Source: a virus
Taxonomy: Duplodnaviria; Heunggongvirae; Uroviricota; Caudoviricetes
Strand: one strand, 5' to 3'
IMG/VR virus record: IMGVR_UViG_3300037400_006466
Location: 32,001 to 96,000 of that record
Length of the DNA: 64,000 nt
The notes under the pieces are model-generated. The model made no database searches. It saw nothing but the letters and a program-made list of their open reading frames with translations, and had not been told where the DNA came from. The position numbers were made by a program, and so were the translations under genes. Of the stretch, positions 19,376 to 29,398 are shown piece after piece. Every line of letters begins with the position of its first letter. The first letter of the stretch is position 1.

Positions 19376-20071
19376 TTGATACTAATGATTAAATTAGAGA
19401 ATACATCAGTTTTAGGTTTTGAAAGTGCTTTTAGAGGAATGAGGAATCCTCTTAATTCTTGGAAAAAAAGTGATTCAGTTTTTGTACCAGAAATTAAGAT
19501 TGGTGAGAATGATATGAAATTAGCTAAGGCTCTCATCAAGGCCGGACCAGCTGACAGAAAGTTTTTGAGAATGATTCATGTTCAGGTGGATATTACATCG
19601 AGTCTATATTTTTTTAAAGAGTTTGACACCTATAAGATTTCAACTGTGGCAGATTCCTGTTCCACAATGCACAAGATTCATTCAAGGGATTTGACCATTG
19701 ATGATTTCAGTACTGAGCACTTGAATGACTTGATGAAAGGTACTCTTAAAGGAATAATTGAACTTATGAATCTTTACAGACAGAAGTTCATTGAGACAAA
19801 AGACAAGGAGAACTGGTGGCAAATCATACAGATGCTTCCATCCTCTTACAATCAGAGGAGGACTTGGGACGGAAATTATGAAACACTCATGTCAATGTAC
19901 TTTCAGAGAAGGAATCATAAGCTGGATGAATGGCACACTTTCTGTGACTGGATTCTTGAACTTCCTTATATGAGGGAGTTCATAGGTGTCCTTGATGAAA
20001 GAGTCAAGGAGATAGAGGAAGTTCCGACAGAACATATGGTGGATAATCTGATTTTGAATAATCAGATTTGA
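19376..20071 (+). CDS. Flavin-dependent thymidylate synthase-like protein (phage ThyX-like family)
   Basis: RGMRNPLNSWKKSDS, RKFLRMIHV, EFDTYK, SCSTMH, LPSSYNQRR, QRRNHKLDEW. Start probably at the ATG a few codons in. Confidence 0.65.
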   Translation: MILMIKLENTSVLGFESAFRGMRNPLNSWKKSDSVFVPEIKIGENDMKLAKALIKAGPADRKFLRMIHVQVDITSSLYFFKEFDTYKISTVADSCSTMHKIHSRDLTIDDFSTEHLNDLMKGTLKGIIELMNLYRQKFIETKDKENWWQIIQMLPSSYNQRRTWDGNYETLMSMYFQRRNHKLDEWHTFCDWILELPYMREFIGVLDERVKEIEEVPTEHMVDNLILNNQI

Positions 20072-20163
20072 TACTAATTAAGATTGTGGAAAAGATGGGT
20101 CGGTATGACCCTGAATATATTTTATTAAAGACATGGCAGGAAGTCATGTCAAGGGAGTACAGG

Positions 20164-20592
20164 ATGTATTCAGTACCAAGCGTTTTTGGTGACAGTTTCC
20201 TTGATACGGTTTTCAAGGATTTCGACCTTATGTGGAAGAACCCAAGATTCAGTTTTGATGATTCTTTCCCACCTATCAATCTTTATGTAAATCAGGACGA
20301 TAAGGCCTGTACCTATGAGCTGGCTCTTACAGGCTACAAGAAAGATTGGCTTTCAGTAGAGCTTGACGGAAACAATCTTAAGATTTCTGCCAATGTTCCT
20401 GAGGAGAAGGAAGATTCAAAGCAGTATATCAAGAGGAGAATCAAGGCAAAGTCTTTTGAGAAGACTTACAAGATTCCTGAGGGATATGATACAGAGAAGG
20501 CTGAGGTTTCCTATGAGGATGGACTTTTGACTTTATTTGTACCAGTCAAGACCAAACCCGCTGAGACCACAAAGAAGCTTCTAATCAAGTAA
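20164..20592 (+). CDS. Small heat-shock protein (Hsp20)
   Basis: FPPINLY, ELALTGY, SFEKTYKIP, VSYEDGLLTL. Start moved to the ATG after AGGGAG. Confidence 0.9.
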   Translation: MYSVPSVFGDSFLDTVFKDFDLMWKNPRFSFDDSFPPINLYVNQDDKACTYELALTGYKKDWLSVELDGNNLKISANVPEEKEDSKQYIKRRIKAKSFEKTYKIPEGYDTEKAEVSYEDGLLTLFVPVKTKPAETTKKLLIK

Positions 20593-20611
20593 TTCTGATT
20601 GTGGTAAAAAG

Positions 20612-20644
20612 AAACAGACCCCTGAAAAGGAGTCTGTTTTTTTT
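20612..20644. terminator. Bidirectional terminator
   Basis: AAACAGAC...GTCTGTTT hairpin flanked by A and T tracts. Confidence 0.7.
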
Positions 20645-20662
20645 ATGCTTATGATTGATTCA

Positions 20663-21202
20663 TTAAAGATACATTTCAGAGATGTGATTGAGAATCCCTT
20701 TAAGTTCATCTTTGTCCATTGAAGTTGCAATCTCATCACATAGGTCACTAGCACCTATTGCATTTTTAAGTTCTTCATAAAGGCCAGAAATTTCTTTATC
20801 CTTGAACAGCCTGTTATAGAAGTTGTTTTCTCTGATATTTTTTCTTTCTTTCTTCTCAATGAAAGTGTCGTGATATTCCTCATAAGAGGTTTCTTCTATC
20901 TCAGTAGATACAGCATCAGTTTCCTCAGCTATCTCTTCCACCCATTTTTCTATATCCTCGTTTTCATTGTCTTTGAAGCTGATACTGATATATTTGATTA
21001 CCTTGATTTTATCATCATCTATCTTACGGAGGGTAATCATCTCCTCATTGGAGATCTCCTTAAGCCAATCAAATATCTCGTCTCTCTCCTCTTTTGTATT
21101 ATAGGTGAGGATAATCTTGTAATAGACATCTGAGTAGTCAGGATACTCTTCATAGGATGCTTCATTAAGAAGCATATTATCATCTTTCCAATTCTTTTTC
21201 AT
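20663..21202 (-). CDS. Acidic hypothetical protein with MKKNWKDDNMLLNE leader (two modules)
   Basis: Shared leader; second module begins after 'KNIRE'. Confidence 0.7.
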   Translation of the reverse strand: MKKNWKDDNMLLNEASYEEYPDYSDVYYKIILTYNTKEERDEIFDWLKEISNEEMITLRKIDDDKIKVIKYISISFKDNENEDIEKWVEEIAEETDAVSTEIEETSYEEYHDTFIEKKERKNIRENNFYNRLFKDKEISGLYEELKNAIGASDLCDEIATSMDKDELKGILNHISEMYL

Positions 21203-22443
21203 TATAAGCTACCTCTCATTACTCCAGCCCACTTGACCATGGCCTTCCATTCACCTTCAATCTTTTCCTTTGTTTCCTTTGCCTCACTTAACCATTCCTT
21301 ATAGTCAACAAGTCCAGGAATATCAGATTTTGATTGTCTTCTAAGATTTCCGAAAAGTTCCTTGACACAGGCCTGTGAATAGTCAAATACTCTTGTTCTA
21401 TGCTGATGAAGAACATCGTTGAAGTTGAGTGTTTTTCTTGCAAGCCATATGTTCAGCACACCCTGTGTGTTTGACCAGACTCTTATCCATTTGTTCTTTG
21501 GGTTACTGATTGTCTTTGGTGTAGGAGAGCCCGGGTCATTTGGTTCATAAGGACCTTCAAAGTGAACCCTTCTTCCATAATTTATCAAAGCCTGAGCATT
21601 AGCCCTTGATGTAATGACATTGGTAACAGAGTTGGTTTGAGTCTTGGGTTTCTTTGAGCCTGTGTATGATCCTGACAATCCTGTATAATTGAGTCCAGAG
21701 TATAGTGACTGCTCCATTCCGTAGAAAAGAGGACTGAGCATGTTTCCGTTCATTGAACCACCATACTGCTGTAAGGAAATTCCTACTACATCATAGCATG
21801 AATCATCTGGAAATTCCACATCCATTTCCATCTGTCCAGCTTCTTCCTCAATGTGGGTTGTGGCAGGAATCCAGTGGAAATATTCTTCAAGAGCAGGCTT
21901 TATTGCAAGGTCACATATTTCATCCCTTGTGTATTCAAGCTCATCCTCTCTGATAAACGGTGAACCCAGAACGCTGATTATCCTTCTGTAATCATCCTCA
22001 TTGATGGTGACTTTATCCTGGAGATTATAATTCTTGTAAGGCTTAAAGCTATTATATCTGCTGGAGAACTCGGATGAATTGATGTATTCCTCTACAGAGG
22101 AGTATGCTCCAGGATAATTATTATTAATCCAATCTTTTACTTCATTATTGGTGAGCAATAATGTGAAATAAGGGTTCACTACATTGTATCCAAAGCTTAT
22201 TTCACCATAATTTATGTCAAATATTTTTGCAGCAGTCCAATCAATATTTTCAGTACAGGTCTGATTGCAATAAACCCAGGCGCCATTGAGTTCACTGAGA
22301 TACATATTGACATAATAAATTTGATTTTCAAGGTATATCTTTGTAGAATCAGTAATTATGTTATTACCCAGAGATTTCCAGGTCATAATCCTTTCTTCTG
22401 GATTAGCCTTGGTTCTGAGGTAGTCTTTCTTTGTCATCTTCAT
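21202..22443 (-). CDS. Putative neck/head-tail adaptor protein (gp13-like) with N-terminal extension
   Basis: 'RIISVLGSPFIREDELE...AIKPALEEYF' and 'VFDYSQACVKELFGNLRR...W..EA......IE' resemble T4 gp13-type necks. Confidence 0.55.
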   Translation of the reverse strand: MKMTKKDYLRTKANPEERIMTWKSLGNNIITDSTKIYLENQIYYVNMYLSELNGAWVYCNQTCTENIDWTAAKIFDINYGEISFGYNVVNPYFTLLLTNNEVKDWINNNYPGAYSSVEEYINSSEFSSRYNSFKPYKNYNLQDKVTINEDDYRRIISVLGSPFIREDELEYTRDEICDLAIKPALEEYFHWIPATTHIEEEAGQMEMDVEFPDDSCYDVVGISLQQYGGSMNGNMLSPLFYGMEQSLYSGLNYTGLSGSYTGSKKPKTQTNSVTNVITSRANAQALINYGRRVHFEGPYEPNDPGSPTPKTISNPKNKWIRVWSNTQGVLNIWLARKTLNFNDVLHQHRTRVFDYSQACVKELFGNLRRQSKSDIPGLVDYKEWLSEAKETKEKIEGEWKAMVKWAGVMRGSL

Positions 22444-22840
22444 TATCCTCGAAGTCTATTTCAGCTGTCACAGTGAGTTTTCCGTCACTTGTGGAGATGT
22501 CCACCTTGGTTATGTCATATTTATTGTCCTTGAGGGCATCTGTTATGGCCTTTATGTCTGTGTCTATGGCATCCCTGGGGGCATCAGCCACCTGGAAGTC
22601 ATCCACTATGTATGTTATCTCACATATCACACCCACTATCTGATTCGCTTCAAAGTTCTGACTGACGTCAATGTTGTCCTTTGTGTACTCAGCATTGGTT
22701 CCTCCCAGCATGGAGTCCAGAACTGCATCTATCTTGGGAATCAGTGTATGCCTTATGGTGTTGTTGACCTCAGGAAGAGTCTGCCTTACCAGCTTATCCC
22801 ATGAGTTGTAGTTTCCGCTGTTGAATTGTGAAGATCTCAT
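22403..22840 (-). CDS. Hypothetical late protein
   Basis: 145-aa ORF, ACTAATT upstream, AAGGA RBS. Confidence 0.65.
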   Translation of the reverse strand: MRSSQFNSGNYNSWDKLVRQTLPEVNNTIRHTLIPKIDAVLDSMLGGTNAEYTKDNIDVSQNFEANQIVGVICEITYIVDDFQVADAPRDAIDTDIKAITDALKDNKYDITKVDISTSDGKLTVTAEIDFEDNEDDKERLPQNQG

Positions 22841-22902
22841 ATGAATATTTTCCTTATACTATAACAATTAGTCAAATACTTGCATTATATTAAGTATATA
22901 GA

Positions 22903-23301
22903 GTGAGAAATGCAATGACAAACAATAATCTTCTGAAATTGGATGAGGACTCCAAGAATGTGGTCATGGAGATATCCGCATTGAGCGGTATCCCTCAGAA
23001 TGTGGTCAAGGAAGTCCTTGAGTATCTTTTATGCAGTTGGGCTATAAGGATAGCTGACCATCCTGAATCCTATGCCTCATTGACTGTCCCTTATATGGGT
23101 ACTGTGAATGTGAAATATGTGGAGGACAAGGTTCTCCCCAACGGTGACATATCCCCTGAGGTGGATTGCTTCGTTGACCTTGCCGCCAACTTCAAGAAGC
23201 TTGTGGGTGATGTCTATTATGAGAAGGACGTGTGCCTTGTTCCGATGCTCCAGAAAAAGATTGAGCAGGCCATTATGGTGGCATCTTCATCAATGGATTA
23301 A
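22903..23301 (+). CDS. Putative HU/IHF-like DNA-binding protein
   Basis: 'EISALSGIPQNVVKEVLE...LTVPYMGTVNV' helix-helix-strand pattern. Confidence 0.45.
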   Translation: MRNAMTNNNLLKLDEDSKNVVMEISALSGIPQNVVKEVLEYLLCSWAIRIADHPESYASLTVPYMGTVNVKYVEDKVLPNGDISPEVDCFVDLAANFKKLVGDVYYEKDVCLVPMLQKKIEQAIMVASSSMD

Positions 23302-23360
23302 TATTACAACTAATTCATAACAAAGCAATAAAATCATTTTATTTTTTGGAGATAAGCTAA

Positions 23361-24428
23361 ATGGCTGAGAAAGATCCTAACAAGCTATATAACGGAATCA
23401 AGACACTTCAGGACGACCTTGAATCAATCAGAAGTCTGGTTGACGGTATAATCGAGAATTCAAAGACACTCATGAATGATGCCAACGGATTCGGTGGAGT
23501 CATTGCCAAGGTGTTCAAGGAGCAGATGGCCAAGTACTTCATTCCAGGAGTACAGAAGATTGCAGAGCCTATTGACAATCTTGTAAGCGGTGACAGAGTT
23601 CCCGGAAGTCTCAAGGACCTCACAATCTTCCTTGATTCAGTACCTCTTGCAATGATAAGGCAGGAGCCTTCCGTCACAGAGCTGGCTTCACCTGTAGTTC
23701 CCAAGAACGTGGACCTTGACACACCTGCCGGAAAGGTAGAGAGTCCTGTGGATGAGATTCCTCAGGGTCAGTCATACCAGAATGACCAGATAACAGCTTC
23801 AGCTGACGGGGAACTGGCAGAATCTAAAAAAAAAGCCGATAAGGCAGTAGGATTCAGAAAGCTCAAGGAGTTCATTGACTGGGACAATGAGGATGACCAG
23901 GAAAAGTGGAGGAACTCCCCCAAGGGTAAGGCTGAGGGTGAGTGGTTCAAGAACAGAGTCCATGGTCTGAAGAAAGGATATAATCCTTTTGAGGATGATA
24001 CCCTTGTGAATAAGCCTTGGAACGGACTCTACAATGAGATGGATGCAAAAGACCAGCTTGAGAGATTCGGCAGGGTTTATGTGAATGATGACAACAATTC
24101 AGTCCTTGACCCACTTTACACAAAGTCGCTTCTCAAGACATGGGGTGAGCCCAACAGACTTGATGATGAGAATCTCCCTCTGAGTGAATCCAAGGAAGAG
24201 GATGACGGACCTGGAATCTGGCAGATTCTTAGGACATCAGCAATAGCATCCTCCTTGGGAGAGGATGTATCCAAGGTAGAGCCACAGGTTGTCTGTGAGT
24301 TCAAGACCAAGGAAGAGGCTGAGGAAAGACTCAAGGCTCTTGAGGATACAGTTCTTCCTGAGGAGAAGGAGCTTCTTGGAACATCCTATAAGATTGAGAA
24401 GCTTCCCATAACCTTGGATGAGGAATGA
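23361..24428 (+). CDS. Putative internal head/prohead core protein (modular)
   Basis: Late motif upstream; internal linkers 'LAESKKK...KLKE' and 'LSESKEE'. Confidence 0.5.
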   Translation: MAEKDPNKLYNGIKTLQDDLESIRSLVDGIIENSKTLMNDANGFGGVIAKVFKEQMAKYFIPGVQKIAEPIDNLVSGDRVPGSLKDLTIFLDSVPLAMIRQEPSVTELASPVVPKNVDLDTPAGKVESPVDEIPQGQSYQNDQITASADGELAESKKKADKAVGFRKLKEFIDWDNEDDQEKWRNSPKGKAEGEWFKNRVHGLKKGYNPFEDDTLVNKPWNGLYNEMDAKDQLERFGRVYVNDDNNSVLDPLYTKSLLKTWGEPNRLDDENLPLSESKEEDDGPGIWQILRTSAIASSLGEDVSKVEPQVVCEFKTKEEAEERLKALEDTVLPEEKELLGTSYKIEKLPITLDEE

Positions 24429-24443
24429 TATCTTCTATCCCAC

Positions 24444-24477
24444 AAAAAAGACCCTCTTTTGAGGGTCTGTTTTTTTT
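24444..24477. terminator. Bidirectional terminator
   Basis: A-tract, AGACCCTC-TTTT-GAGGGTCT, T-tract. Confidence 0.8.
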
Positions 24478-26623
24478 ATAAGGAGAGTCCCAATGATTCA
24501 AGGAGCTTGTTTGTCTGATCTTCTGCATTCTTCTGTTCCCCTAATGGTGTGAGGTCCTCCTTTTTAGGGCCTCCTGTCCATGTCTCCTCTGACAGAGGGA
24601 AATAGAGCCTGCACAATTCTATGCTGGCACAGACTGAATCGCTGACATCCTTGCCGAACCATCCTATCTTGGATGTATCCCATCTGTCATCTCCTGTAAG
24701 GACCTGCTCCCTTGAGTTGTCATGGTCAATCTTTGATTTTCCTTTCTCTGTCTTGGGTCTGACCACATTGAGTGACTTTATGTTGTTCTTCAGGAAGATG
24801 TTTCTTCCGCAGGCTATCCTTCCCGTATTCATGAGACTTATCATGTTCAGGTAAGGATCCATGGTCTTATCGACTGACAGCTTCTCCACCTCGAATTTCT
24901 CCCTTTGGAGATTCTGTATGGTGGTCTCGCTCTGGAACTGGTCAAAGGAGATGTGGGCGAGGTTGATATGTCCCTTTTTCTTCAAGTCCTCTATGAATAT
25001 TCTTATGGCCTCAAGATTTATATTGCTTTTCTTTGTGGGGAGTATAGGTATGCAGAAGTCCACCACATATATCAGCTCACCGGTATCCCCCAATCTTTCC
25101 ACATGACTCATTGAGATTGAGGTGACATCTGTGGCGTAGGACTGGTCAACTGACAGACATCTCGGAATCCTTGGCTTGTAATAGAACTCATACTGTCCGT
25201 TTCTGTTCTTGAAGAACATGGGGCATATCTGATTCCATATGAGGTCTCTGGGGGATGCATCCGCAGGGGCCTCTATGTTGAGATAGATGTTCTTCAGGTT
25301 GTTGTTGAACATCCTTTCAAGGGGTATATAATCATACACAAGACTTCCTGCAGTTCCAGTAGGAATACCTGCCCAGTCCTTCAGTGCCTTCTTGAGGTCA
25401 TCCTTGAACACCTGCTTCAATGAGCCTGGGACTGTGATTATCTTGTTTTTGTCAGCAGTATCTGATTCAAGGATAGGGTCATTCTTTTCAAGAATTTTTG
25501 GAGGATTACCTCTGCCACCAAGATAGACCTGGAAGGTATTTCCTGTCTCAAAGTCATTCTTGTAATCATCTGGTCTCCATTCCCATCTTGAACCTTTAAC
25601 GATGTAGTTGGTTGGGTCTTCACTTGCCTTGTTCACAATGTAATCGTCTATTGCATTGTTCAAGTCATTAGGTGATGAGTCAAGGATTGACCTTCCGTAG
25701 TAATCGACAATCTTGTTTCCTGTTTTGTAGTCAACTTGATTTGTCTCCAATCTTGAACGGACACGGGCCTTTCCGTCATTGTATATCCTCAATATATAAT
25801 CAGAGGATTTACCTGCATCTGTGAAGAAGGCCAACTCTGAATATGTTATGGACACAAGGGTCAGTCCTAACAATGCCTGAGGGCTTGATGCAGCCTTGAT
25901 GCTCAGACCTGAGTCGAACTCAAATATGGATGACTTGTCTTTTGCAGCTGATGTGTAGTAGAGCTTTGTGACAGGTTTCCCTTGCTTGAACTCATTGACA
26001 AGTTCCTGCATGGAATCTCTTCTGGTGACTCTTTCAAAGAAGGGTGAGGATTCCATTATGTTCATGAACGGACTTACAAGGACCTCATATGACTTCTTTA
26101 TGGAGTAGGAAATAAGCATTGAGGAGAAGCTTGTTGCCTTACTTAATCCAAAATACTTGTTAGGGTCATGCATCAGAGAGACACAAATATCCAGGTAAAG
26201 AGTTATGAGTGTGGAAAGGAAGCTTTTGCCCCAACCAATGTGAGGATACAGAATAAGATTTCTGTATTCTGCTGTCGGATTCATGAAATCTATGAATGTC
26301 TGTTTGACCCAAGGATACAGAGTATCAGCGGTTGGACCAAGATACTTGGCTGTGAGAAATTCTTCAGGTGTGGGTGGTTTGGCCCTATAGTTTATTTTCC
26401 AAGAATCTTGCAGTAATCCTATCTTCTGTTTTTCATCAAGGGAGTCATTGTTTGTAAGGAAATCAAGGGCTTTCTTTATGGTGTTCATGTCCAGTCCTTC
26501 TATTTCCTTAAGGGCTGAATTATCACCTTGTATCAAGTCCTTTAATATGTATTGGGTGTTGTTCAATATGTTAGGGTCAACACCGTAATCTGTTTTTTCA
26601 TCAGGTTTCTTTAATTCTGGCAT
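24476..26623 (-). CDS. Terminase large subunit
   Basis: Walker A-like YPHIGWGKS, Walker B-like ITYSELAF, ILDSSP coupling motif, RNase H nuclease LSVDQS...D, SFDQFQS, KDVSDSV. Confidence 0.85.
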   Translation of the reverse strand: MPELKKPDEKTDYGVDPNILNNTQYILKDLIQGDNSALKEIEGLDMNTIKKALDFLTNNDSLDEKQKIGLLQDSWKINYRAKPPTPEEFLTAKYLGPTADTLYPWVKQTFIDFMNPTAEYRNLILYPHIGWGKSFLSTLITLYLDICVSLMHDPNKYFGLSKATSFSSMLISYSIKKSYEVLVSPFMNIMESSPFFERVTRRDSMQELVNEFKQGKPVTKLYYTSAAKDKSSIFEFDSGLSIKAASSPQALLGLTLVSITYSELAFFTDAGKSSDYILRIYNDGKARVRSRLETNQVDYKTGNKIVDYYGRSILDSSPNDLNNAIDDYIVNKASEDPTNYIVKGSRWEWRPDDYKNDFETGNTFQVYLGGRGNPPKILEKNDPILESDTADKNKIITVPGSLKQVFKDDLKKALKDWAGIPTGTAGSLVYDYIPLERMFNNNLKNIYLNIEAPADASPRDLIWNQICPMFFKNRNGQYEFYYKPRIPRCLSVDQSYATDVTSISMSHVERLGDTGELIYVVDFCIPILPTKKSNINLEAIRIFIEDLKKKGHINLAHISFDQFQSETTIQNLQREKFEVEKLSVDKTMDPYLNMISLMNTGRIACGRNIFLKNNIKSLNVVRPKTEKGKSKIDHDNSREQVLTGDDRWDTSKIGWFGKDVSDSVCASIELCRLYFPLSEETWTGGPKKEDLTPLGEQKNAEDQTNKLLESLGLSL

Positions 26624-26784
26624 ATAATTCCTTATAATTTATAAACTAAATAGTTATATATTTGTGATTCCAACTAATTTTTACAAGAAGCTATCCACAA
26701 ATGGGAGCCTAATATCCCTAAAATAGGATAAAATGACCGTAGGCTGAGGGTTTCTTAATATATGAAAAGCTAGAGGTAAATTGA

Positions 26785-28554
26785 ATGGCTACAAAGAAAA
26801 GATTTAAGGAAGCTGAGTTCGTTGACCAGAACGAGACACAGGCTCAGGCAGTTCCTGCAACAGATGCTGAGGTCGCACAGGCTGCTCCTGTTGAGGCTGC
26901 TCCTGCAGAACCAGTTGATGCTGCTCCTGTTGAGGATAAGGCAGTTCTCCCAGAGGGAACAGATGAGGCCGCCGCTGACGGTGGTGTTGAGGTGAATCCT
27001 GCAACAGTCTCTGTTCAGGTTCAGATTCCGGTTGACCAGTTGGGAGCCGCTGTGGCTCAGGCAACAGGTGACCAGGAAGTCGCTAATCTTTCACCTGATG
27101 TTGAATCAGCACAGGAGGCAGAGTTGGTTTCAGAGACACCAGATGAGGATATTCCTGTTGAAGGTGCCACAGAGGAAGCCCCTGCTGAGATGGGTGGTGA
27201 TGAAGGTGTTGAACCACAGCTTGAGTCAAAGGAATCCGCAGACAACAGACTCAAAGAGGATGTTTTCACAGATTCAGACAAAGTTGAGGGAAAGGACGAT
27301 TACGGCAAGGGTGATTCATCCGATGATAACTATCAGGATGGAAAGGATTCAGCCAATAAGCATGAGGACCCCAGAATGGACATGATTGACCATGCCATTC
27401 CTGAGGAGGGAAAGGCTCTCAAGGAGTCTGAGGATGATGATGAGGTTGAGGATGAGGCTGATGACCTTCCTCCAGGAATGGAAGGTGAGGATGCTGACCT
27501 TGACATGGATGCCCTTGGCGGAGAGGAAGGACCTGGTTTTGCAGCCTCCAACGAATTCGATGTTGAGATAGATGAGAATGACCCTGCAGTGCAGGACTTC
27601 CTCAGCAAGATAGATGATTATCTCGCTGATGAGGAAGCTCAGCCAGCTCAGGTCGCAGATGCTCTCAGAGCTTCAGCTGACTTCTTTGATGCAATTGCAC
27701 CAGAGGAAGAGGAAGCTGAGGATGGTGACCTTCTTGATGTTGAGGAAGGTGAGGATGACATTGAGGATGATGGAGACATTCCTCTTGACCTGGATGCCAT
27801 CAACGGATATAAGACCAGCGGTCATGCCAAGACAGGTGATGATGTCCTTGACCAGTTCTCAGAGCTTCCTGAGGAAGATGAGGATTATGAGGAGTCAGTC
27901 ACCAGAGTTCCTTGCAAGTTCCCTGGAAAGAAGTTCAGTGAGAGCAAGAGAGTTCCAAGAGATCTTCCTCTTGTCAAGGAGACCAAGAGAGTCAAAGAGT
28001 CCTTTGAGGATGATGAATACTTTGATGAAGATGAAGATTGGGATGCTTATGAGGAGTTTGATAAGCTCATAGATGAATGGGGTGCTGAAAAGGCCCTTAG
28101 AGCACTTAAGAGATTCATTTCCAATTATGACCCAGACCTTATTACCAATTTTGTTGATGAAGTTAAGAAAGGAAATGTTGATGCAGGTCTTTATGAGTCC
28201 AAGAAGCCTGTCGCCAAGAAGCTCAATGAAGAGACTGATTACAGTGCTGTGAAGTTCCCTGCAGGCTCAAGTGACGCAGATGATGACAATGACATCATTT
28301 CAGTCTATGAGAAGACACAGAACTCCAGAAGAAATGCAATCAGGAACTTCAGGGAGTCAGTCATCAGGAATGAGGAGAACATCCCTTCAAGACAGAGCGC
28401 ATCAAGATTCAATGAGGCCCTGAGAAGCTCAGTGAGGATGAACGGAAGCTCCAAGGGCTCAAAGTCTTGGGCAGACAACAAATTCCTTGACAAGTACAAC
28501 GAGTCACAGGAACTCAACTTCAAGCAGCTCATCAGCGAAGGATTTCTGGGTTAA
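26785..28554 (+). CDS. Highly acidic putative prohead core/scaffold-like polyprotein
   Basis: 589 aa, D/E-rich, many [LFV]xE motifs, strongly biased codons, ends ...LISEGFLG. Confidence 0.55.
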   Translation: MATKKRFKEAEFVDQNETQAQAVPATDAEVAQAAPVEAAPAEPVDAAPVEDKAVLPEGTDEAAADGGVEVNPATVSVQVQIPVDQLGAAVAQATGDQEVANLSPDVESAQEAELVSETPDEDIPVEGATEEAPAEMGGDEGVEPQLESKESADNRLKEDVFTDSDKVEGKDDYGKGDSSDDNYQDGKDSANKHEDPRMDMIDHAIPEEGKALKESEDDDEVEDEADDLPPGMEGEDADLDMDALGGEEGPGFAASNEFDVEIDENDPAVQDFLSKIDDYLADEEAQPAQVADALRASADFFDAIAPEEEEAEDGDLLDVEEGEDDIEDDGDIPLDLDAINGYKTSGHAKTGDDVLDQFSELPEEDEDYEESVTRVPCKFPGKKFSESKRVPRDLPLVKETKRVKESFEDDEYFDEDEDWDAYEEFDKLIDEWGAEKALRALKRFISNYDPDLITNFVDEVKKGNVDAGLYESKKPVAKKLNEETDYSAVKFPAGSSDADDDNDIISVYEKTQNSRRNAIRNFRESVIRNEENIPSRQSASRFNEALRSSVRMNGSSKGSKSWADNKFLDKYNESQELNFKQLISEGFLG

Positions 28555-28910
28555 TGGCTATCAGAGAAAGGAGCAGATTGGCTGAGAAGTCAGTCTACTC
28601 CCTTAAGAATGAGGTTCTGGGTTTCATCATAAGGGACTCAGAGAACGGGAAGTATCTTGCTGAAAAGCCCCTCAGCAATGAAGGGGCTACAGACTATTCA
28701 TCTGATTCATGGTGGGCTGATTCCATGGATGATGCATCAGTGTTCATGAAAGTGGATGATGCTTTCTATGCATTGGATGATGTGGCTACTGATTTCGCTG
28801 ATGCAAGCGGGATTGACAAGGATGATGTCATAGACAGGTTTGAGGTCAATCCCATATATTCCTCAGACATCTATGTCAAGGAAGCCCCTTTAAGCAGAGG
28901 TCTGAGATAA
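28554..28910 (+). CDS. Hypothetical acidic protein
   Basis: 118-aa ORF coupled to the upstream stop; begins MAIRERSRLAE. Confidence 0.7.
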   Translation: MAIRERSRLAEKSVYSLKNEVLGFIIRDSENGKYLAEKPLSNEGATDYSSDSWWADSMDDASVFMKVDDAFYALDDVATDFADASGIDKDDVIDRFEVNPIYSSDIYVKEAPLSRGLR

Positions 28911-28918
28911 ACAGAATC

Positions 28919-28958
28919 AAAAAAAAAAATACCCCACAGAAATGTGGGGTTTATTTTT
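28919..28958. terminator. Bidirectional terminator
   Basis: A-tract, ACCCCACA-GAAA-TGTGGGGT, T-rich tail. Confidence 0.8.
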
Positions 28959-28976
28959 ATCTGTTTATTATTCTTA

Positions 28977-29360
28977 TTATACTTTTTTGGCTATGGCCAT
29001 CCATGTGAATCCAGCTCCAGTAAAGTGGGACAGACTTGCCATAAGGGTTATTTCAGAATTATCAGGTTTTCCGAATGCGCTGAACTTGATACTCTTGAGG
29101 TAATCTTCATTGATTATATCCTTAGCAAATTTGAGGACTTCATTCTTGAATAATTTTTTAAGTCCTTCAATGGAATTAGCATCTGTCTCAGTAAGAGTAT
29201 CAGTTATATTGGTTCTGCTAACATAAGAAGTACTAAGATGTCCTTTTGAAGTTTTGGATGGCTGTGTGAATATCATTTTAGTTATGTGAAATCTTTCTTT
29301 ATTTCCAAGGCCTAAGAACTCTTTTAAAGTATTATTATCTTTCCAGGACTTTTTATTCAT
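28977..29360 (-). CDS. Hypothetical late protein with MNKKSWKDNNTLKE leader
   Basis: Shared leader; ACTAACT variant and GGAG RBS upstream. Confidence 0.7.
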   Translation of the reverse strand: MNKKSWKDNNTLKEFLGLGNKERFHITKMIFTQPSKTSKGHLSTSYVSRTNITDTLTETDANSIEGLKKLFKNEVLKFAKDIINEDYLKSIKFSAFGKPDNSEITLMASLSHFTGAGFTWMAIAKKV

Positions 29361-29398
29361 TATTTTTCTCCAATAAAGAGTTAGTTATTTTTTAGGAA

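Noticed and set aside
19342-19539. N-terminal extension of the HNH ORF overlapping the thyX-like gene
   Set aside because: Paralogue alignment and the ACTAATT-N5-ATG motif place the start at 19341.
20130-20150. Hairpin GACATGGC-AGGAA-GTCATGTC before hsp20 as an RNA thermometer
   Set aside because: The RBS (AGGGAG) lies outside the stem, so there is no evidence of thermosensing; it may simply stabilise the mRNA.
24476-26623. Intein in the terminase (or in primase, RecA, clamp loader)
   Set aside because: Lengths are ordinary, and no C-terminal HN-[CST] splice junction or LAGLIDADG block is evident.
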